Below, piece after piece: positions 59,377 through 64,000 of a stretch of 64,000 nt of DNA. Every line of letters starts with the position of its first letter. The stretch's first letter is position 1. The translations under genes and the position numbers were made by a program. Source of the DNA: an uncultured Anaerolineae bacterium. Its GTDB lineage: Bacteria; Chloroflexota; Anaerolineae; CG2-30-64-16. The stretch covers positions 68,606-132,605 of the forward strand of contig CAKZKT010000127.1 in NCBI GenBank assembly GCA_937124585.1, given 5' to 3'. Under the pieces are notes generated by a model. It was not told the origin of the DNA. It was given only the letters and a program-made list of their open reading frames with translations, and ran no database searches.

Positions 59377-59973
59377 TTAGGGCTTCCAGACTTCCCAGAC
59401 CCGACCGACCAGCGCCGGGCCGGGCTTGAGGGTCACCTGTCCTGGCTCCCAACCCGAAGGCGTCACCTCACCCGTCGCGCGCACGTGCTGGAATGCCTTG
59501 ATCTGGCGCACCAGCTCAGCGGGGTTCCGCCCAACCTCCGGGGTCAGAACCTCCATGGCGCGAATCACGAAATCGGGGTCAATGATGAAGCGACCGCGGA
59601 TGTCCACGCCCGCCGCGTCATCATATACGCCGTAGATCGTCCCCACCTTGCCCCCGGCATCGGACAGCATCGGGAAGGGCACCCCGCCCTCTACCATCTT
59701 GGAGAGTTCCTGTTCCTGCCAGATCTTGTGTACGAAACGGCTGTCGGTGCTCATGGCCAGCACAACAACGTCCATGGCCTTCAGCTCGTCGTAGATGGCG
59801 GCGACCGCCGCCAGCTCGGTGGGTCAAACAAAGGTGAAGTCACCGGGGTAGAAGCAGAGGACGATCCACTTGCCCTTATAGTCCGAGAGCTTGACGGGCT
59901 GGAAGCCCACGCCCTCGATGAACGCCGTAGCCTCGAAATCAATAGCCTCCTTGCCGACCTTCGCAAGCATCAT
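59377..59973 (-). CDS. Peroxiredoxin (AhpC/TSA, 1-Cys type) with in-frame TGA at the peroxidatic-Cys codon: candidate selenocysteine-containing peroxiredoxin
   Basis: The ORFs 59824-60078 and 59377-59775 are in one frame (597 nt). The TGA at 59824-59826 replaces the Cys of the FYPGDFTFV[C]PTE motif. AGGAGGTG RBS sits 4 nt before the ATGATG. A SECIS-like hairpin lies just downstream (see next feature). Confidence 0.6.
59796..59813 (-). promoter_or_regulatory. Putative bacterial SECIS element (hairpin UGGCGGC-GGUC-GCCGCCA) 10 nt 3' of the in-frame UGA
   Basis: A 7-bp GC stem with a GGUC apical loop. The G/U loop context resembles the E. coli fdhF SECIS apical loop. Confidence 0.5.
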
Positions 59974-60179
59974 TGGCACCTCCTGTGATGATGGGATTGC
60001 CCCTGAAACCGGGGGCGGCGGCGCGGGCAGGATCGGCCCGCGGGCGGGTTTGACGCAACCCTCTTTTAGCTCTGGCATGTTTGCCTCCTCTGTGAAAACG
60101 TTCCTGTGCGACGGACGGCGGCCGTTTGCACGAACATTATATCACAATTCTGCGGGTGCAATACCGGCCGAATTGACTC

Positions 60180-61590
60180 ACGCTAAATCTTACTTTGGGG
60201 AAGTCGTTGCCTCATGGGATAATCTTACCCAGCGCTTGCCGCTTGGCAGGTGCTGGGAGAGAGTGAGGCATGATGAGTCAGACCAGCAAACGTGAACTAC
60301 TGGCTGCGGTGCGGCCCCGCTACACGCTGGGCAATCGCACCGCCAAGCAGCGGGTATTGGATGAACTGGTCGCCACCACCGGTTATCACCGCAAGTATGC
60401 GATTCAGTTGCTGAATCACCCGCCAAAGCAACGGCCCCCCAAACGCCGGAACCGATCCCCCAAGTATACGGGGCCGGTGATCGCCGCCCTGGTCAAGGTG
60501 TGGCAGGCGGCCAACTGTATCTGTAGCAAGCGGCTGGTGCCCGCCCTGCCGATGTTTGTAGACGCCTTGGAGCGGCACGGCGAGCTGAAACTGGACCCCC
60601 AGACCCGTGGGTTGCTCCTGGCGCTCAGTCCGGCCACGGCGGATCGGCTGCTCAAGCGGGCCCCGGGGGGGGGACCAAGCCGCACGGCCTCACGACCACC
60701 AAGCCCGGCACGCTGCTAAAACGCGCCATCCCGGTGCGCACGTTTGCGCAGTGGGATGACGCCCAGCCAGGCTTTATGGAGGTGGACCTGGTGGCCCACT
60801 GTGGTGACTCGACGCGCGGGGAGTACCTGAACAGCCTGGACATGGTGGACGTCAAGACGCGCTGGGTGGAGCTAGCCGGGCTGCGCAACCGCAGCCAGGC
60901 GACGGTCAGTGCGGCCATTGCCGAGTGTCGCAGCCGGTTACCTTACCCCCTGCTGGGGTTGGACTCGGACAACGGCAGCGAGTTCATCAACGACAATTTG
61001 AAGCGCTACTGCGAGAAAGCGGGCATCACCTTTACCCGTTGCCGACCCTACAAGAAAAACGATCCGGCCTACGTCGAGCAGAAAAACTGGACGGCCGTGC
61101 GCCAAAACGTCGGCTATGACCGGTATGAGGGCCAGGCAGCTTATGAGGCCCTGAATGCCCTCTATGTGTCGTTGCGGCTGTATATCAACTTCTTCCAGCC
61201 CGTCATGGTGTTGGTCGAAAAGACCCGCGACGGCACCAAAGTCAAAAAGCGCTACGACAAGGCCCAGACGCCGTATCAACGCATCCTGGACTCACCCGAC
61301 ATGGCCGAAGACGTCAAGACCCAATTGCGTCAGCAATACGCGACGCTCAATCCGCTGGTCTTATTGCGCCAGATTCATGCCCGCCAGGAGGCGCTCTGGA
61401 AACTTGCCATCCCACCCGCCGGTGAGTTATCATGAGCCGGCGCGTATGAACCGCCAGCGGCGGGGAACCCAGGTTCCCCGCATCCTTCCTGTTGGTTGCC
61501 GGGGAACCTTAACGACTTGACGCGATGCAGCAGGCGTCAAGTAATATCCGCCTGTGAGGCAACGATACCTCTATGGTAAGATTTTTACGT
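60180..61590 (+). mobile_element. IS element (about 1.4 kb) encoding an rve/DDE-type transposase, imperfect ~40-bp terminal inverted repeats
   Basis: Left end (ACGCTAAATCTTAC...TCGTTGCCTCATGGG) and right end (CCTGTGAGGCAACGA...GTAAGATTTTTACGT) share the AAATCTTAC and TCGTTGCCTCA blocks in inverted orientation. AT-rich ends sit in GC-rich surroundings. Confidence 0.6.
60270..61435 (+). pseudogene. DDE transposase (N-terminal HTH + rve integrase core) split by a -1 frameshift at a G9 homopolymer (60666-60674)
   Basis: ORFs 60270-60719 and 60734-61435 are contiguous in frames 0/-1, and the second frame is open back through the G-run. The D,D,E triad is present (MEVDLVAHCGDS ... LDSDNGSEF ... 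VEQKNW). Confidence 0.6.
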
Positions 61591-61755
61591 GAGGCAATAC
61601 GCATTACGATTTTCGACGGCGGCCACGAGATCATCTACGAGGCCGCACTGAACTGGATGGCAAAACACGCGCAACGCGATGCATGACGCGTCAGGCGTCG
61701 GATTCTCACGTTTGACGCCTGACATTCTACGTTCTACCCAACCCCGGAGGATACG

Positions 61756-62673
61756 ATGAAACACCTCATTACCACTCTCGGCCCCAAACGCAGCGATGAG
61801 CTCGGCATGATCCTGCCCCACGAACATGTCTTCGTAGACCTGCGCACGCCGGACAAGCCCGGCTATGCCCAGGGCAACGCCGCAGATGTGATCGGCCTGA
61901 TGGGGCCGGAGATCGCACGGGCGAAGGCGGCCGGCGTCACCGCGCTCGTCGAGTGCAGCGCGGTCGGCGTCGGCCGCCGCGCGGACATCCTGAAGGCCGT
62001 CTCCGAGGCGACCGGCTTCCCGATCGTCGCGCCGACCGGCATCTATCGCGAGCCGTGGGTGCCGGCCTGGGCGCATGTCGCCAGCGAGGAGGTGCTAGCG
62101 CGCTGGATGGAGGACGAGCTCACCGGCGAGATCGCGCGGACGGGCGTGCGCGCCGGCTGGATCAAGCTCAGCGCGGGCGATGACGGCATCACACCGATCG
62201 AGGCGAAGATCCTGCGCGCGGCCGCGCGCGCGGCACTGGCCACCGGCGCGGTCATAGGCAGCCACACGATTCGCGGCCGCGTCGTGGCCGATCAGCTCGA
62301 CATCATCGAGCGCGTAGGCCAGTCGCCGCGACGCTTCATCTGGATCCATGCGCAGAACGAGGAGGATTTCGAGATCAACCTGGCGCTGGCCCGGCGGGGC
62401 GCCTGGATCGAATATGACGGGATCGGCGGCGGACAGAGCGACGAATTCTACGTCGAACGCGTGCTCCGGATGCTCGACGCGGGTTTCAGCGATCAGGTGC
62501 TGCTCAGCATGGATCGCGGCTGGTATGACCCGGCCCAGCCCGGCGGCGGCACGCCGCGGCCTTTCACCTACCTGAGCGAGGTCTTCCTGCCGAAACTGGC
62601 CGCGGCCGGTGTGAACGAGGCCACCATCCGCAAGCTGACCTGCGACAACCCGTTCCGGGCGTTCGCGCGCTGA
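61756..62673 (+). CDS. Phosphotriesterase-family protein (PTE/Php-like amidohydrolase-fold)
   Basis: CGGAGGA RBS. N-terminal HEH metal motif ([10 protein letters not shown]) and the family layout over 305 aa. Confidence 0.75.
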   Translation: MKHLITTLGPKRSDELGMILPHEHVFVDLRTPDKPGYAQGNAADVIGLMGPEIARAKAAGVTALVECSAVGVGRRADILKAVSEATGFPIVAPTGIYREPWVPAWAHVASEEVLARWMEDELTGEIARTGVRAGWIKLSAGDDGITPIEAKILRAAARAALATGAVIGSHTIRGRVVADQLDIIERVGQSPRRFIWIHAQNEEDFEINLALARRGAWIEYDGIGGGQSDEFYVERVLRMLDAGFSDQVLLSMDRGWYDPAQPGGGTPRPFTYLSEVFLPKLAAAGVNEATIRKLTCDNPFRAFAR

Positions 62674-62824
62674 CGCAAGTCGTGATCGTCATGCTCCTCA
62701 CGACCAGGACGATGCTGCTGAATATCGCCAGCATGCCCAAGACGCTGCCGGGACTGTCCAACTTCACCGTGTGCGGACAATGGGTGGAGCCAGATTTGTT
62801 CATTTGCTGATTTGCTGATTTTTC

Positions 62825-64000
62825 ATGCTCCTGCTCGGTCTCGATATCGGCACCACCACCATCAAAGCCGCCGCGTACGACCCCGATGCCGGGCGCGTCA
62901 TCGCACTCGCGGCGCGGCCCACGCCTACCGACCACCCCGCGCCTGGCCGCAGCGAACACGATCCAGAGGCGCTGTGGCAGGCGGTGTGCGCGTGCCTGCG
63001 CGAGGTCGCAGGACTGGCCTGGTCGGAGACCGGTCGGAGCAGGGCGGGAGCGGTCGCCGGCCTGGCGATCGCCAGCCTGGCCGAGGCCGGCGTGCTGCTG
63101 GATGCCGTCGGCCGGCCCCTCTGCCCGATCATTGCCTGGTATGACCGCCGGTCGGAGCCGCAGGCCGAGTGGCTGGAGCGCCAGATTTCGGAAATCGAGC
63201 TGCACGCCATCACCGGACAGCGCGCCGGCGCCTCATTTGGGGTCTCCAAATGGCTTTGGATTCGGGAGCACTGGCCCGAGGCAGCCTCCCGCATGGCGAC
63301 CTGGCTGCCTGTGCCCAACTACATCCTCTGGCGGCTGACCGGCGAGCGGAGCATTGACTTGAGCCAGGCGTCGCGAATGCTGGCGCTGGATCAGCAGCGT
63401 CGCGACTGGTCGGATCGCATCCTCGACGTGGTCGGACTGCGCCGCGATCAGCTCCCGCAGCCGAAGCCCGGCGGCACGGTCATCGGCGCGGTGATCGCCG
63501 CGGCCGCGGCCGAGAGCGGATTGCCGGTCGGGACGCCCTGCGTGCTCGGCGGACACGATCACCTGTGCGCCGCGTACGCGGCCGGCGCCTATCGGCCGGG
63601 CGTCGTGGCCGACTCCTCGGGCACCGCGCAGGCGGTTCTGACCGTGGTGCCCGGCTTCGCCTCCACGCCCAAAATGGCCGCGGCCGGCTATGCCTGCTAT
63701 GCTCATGTCCTGGCCGACCAGTACATCCTCAAAGCCGGCCTGAAAGCTGCGGGCGGCGCGGTCGAATGGCTGGCCCGGCAGCTGGCCGGCCCGGCCGCCG
63801 ATCACCTGCCGTATGACACGCTCCTGGCCCGAGCCGCCGAGGGCGTGGGTCGCCGCGCCGGTCCCCTGTGGCTGCCGCACCTCCTGGATTCCGGCACCCC
63901 TGAAGGCGATCGCCAGAGCCGGGCCGCGCTGGTCGGCATGCGGCTGGAGCACGATGCGGGCGACATCTTCCGCGGGCTGCTGGAATCGCTGGCCTTCTGG
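62825..64000 (+). CDS. FGGY-family carbohydrate kinase (5' partial; continues past window end)
   Basis: Manual translation from the ATG at 62825 gives MLLLGLDIGTTTIKAAAYD... (FGGY_N actin-like ATPase motif). The frame is open to the window end, so it is absent from the ORF track. Confidence 0.7.
   Translation, partial: MLLLGLDIGTTTIKAAAYDPDAGRVIALAARPTPTDHPAPGRSEHDPEALWQAVCACLREVAGLAWSETGRSRAGAVAGLAIASLAEAGVLLDAVGRPLCPIIAWYDRRSEPQAEWLERQISEIELHAITGQRAGASFGVSKWLWIREHWPEAASRMATWLPVPNYILWRLTGERSIDLSQASRMLALDQQRRDWSDRILDVVGLRRDQLPQPKPGGTVIGAVIAAAAAESGLPVGTPCVLGGHDHLCAAYAAGAYRPGVVADSSGTAQAVLTVVPGFASTPKMAAAGYACYAHVLADQYILKAGLKAAGGAVEWLARQLAGPAADHLPYDTLLARAAEGVGRRAGPLWLPHLLDSGTPEGDRQSRAALVGMRLEHDAGDIFRGLLESLAFW

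Noticed and set aside
59824-60078. Treating the peroxiredoxin halves as two genes or as a simple pseudogene
   Set aside because: Same frame, the TGA is exactly at the catalytic Cys codon, the coding sequence is intact on both sides, and a SECIS-like hairpin is present. Sec recoding is more parsimonious, though a pseudogene is not excluded.

Overview
This is a very GC-rich, gene-dense bacterial chromosomal segment. Codon usage and gene content would fit a Chloroflexota- or Actinobacteria-like genome, but I cannot assign taxonomy from sequence alone. Nearly all long Arg/Pro/Gly-rich ORFs that lie antisense to good genes are GC artefacts and were discarded.

Supported content, start to end:
- A truncated mannose-6-phosphate isomerase gene (minus strand), an HNH endonuclease, and six clustered tRNAs on the minus strand (His, Gln, Phe, Gly, Cys, Leu).
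- A sigma70-like promoter driving gcvT-gcvH, followed by genes for a GlcD-like FAD oxidase and a GlcF-like Fe-S subunit.
- An XRE/cupin regulator plus a sugar-type ABC transporter (lipoprotein binding protein and two permeases).
- A long same-strand gene block rich in pterin/folate-flavoured functions (11222-27629): cyclodeaminase-like protein, two 2-hydroxyacid dehydrogenases, two PTR1/FolM-like SDRs, a COG0402 amidohydrolase, YgfZ, a lipoate ligase and a NUDIX hydrolase. A 2-oxoacid dehydrogenase E2 ... E1alpha/E1beta operon is embedded in it, interrupted by three unrelated genes.
- Two MFS transporters, histidine kinases and a response regulator, HpcH- and RraA-family aldolases, an alkyltransferase-like (Cys-less MGMT) protein, a CN-hydrolase, threonine aldolase, and a small Cys-rich membrane peptide.
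- A TetR-associated catabolic cluster: a Gfo/Idh/MocA oxidoreductase, a GPH transporter, an IlvD/EDD dehydratase and an IolD-like TPP enzyme.
- An envelope/glycan block: an epimerase-SDR fusion protein, a PhyH dioxygenase, MurJ, a C39 peptidase-TPR lipoprotein, a GT39 transferase, a GH127 hydrolase, a sugar-phosphate isomerase, a GarR-like reductase, a CDP-alcohol phosphatidyltransferase and RluA.
- tRNA-Pro, a frameshifted rve-type IS element, a phosphotriesterase-family protein, and a 5'-partial FGGY sugar kinase gene.

The most interesting observations:
1. A peroxiredoxin gene split by an in-frame TGA exactly at the peroxidatic Cys codon, with a SECIS-like GGUC-loop hairpin 10 nt downstream. 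This is most likely a selenocysteine peroxiredoxin.
2. A family of perfect 12-bp-arm palindromic repeats (ACGTGCCAGGCA-N10-TGCCTGGCACGT) in tandem arrays. They bracket the tetR gene and the IolD/IlvD/GPH/Gfo cluster, and one degenerate copy sits between E1alpha and E1beta.
3. The unusual E2-amidohydrolase-hypothetical-SDR-E1alpha-E1beta operon with overlapping start/stop codons.
4. A putative pterin-related gene neighbourhood.
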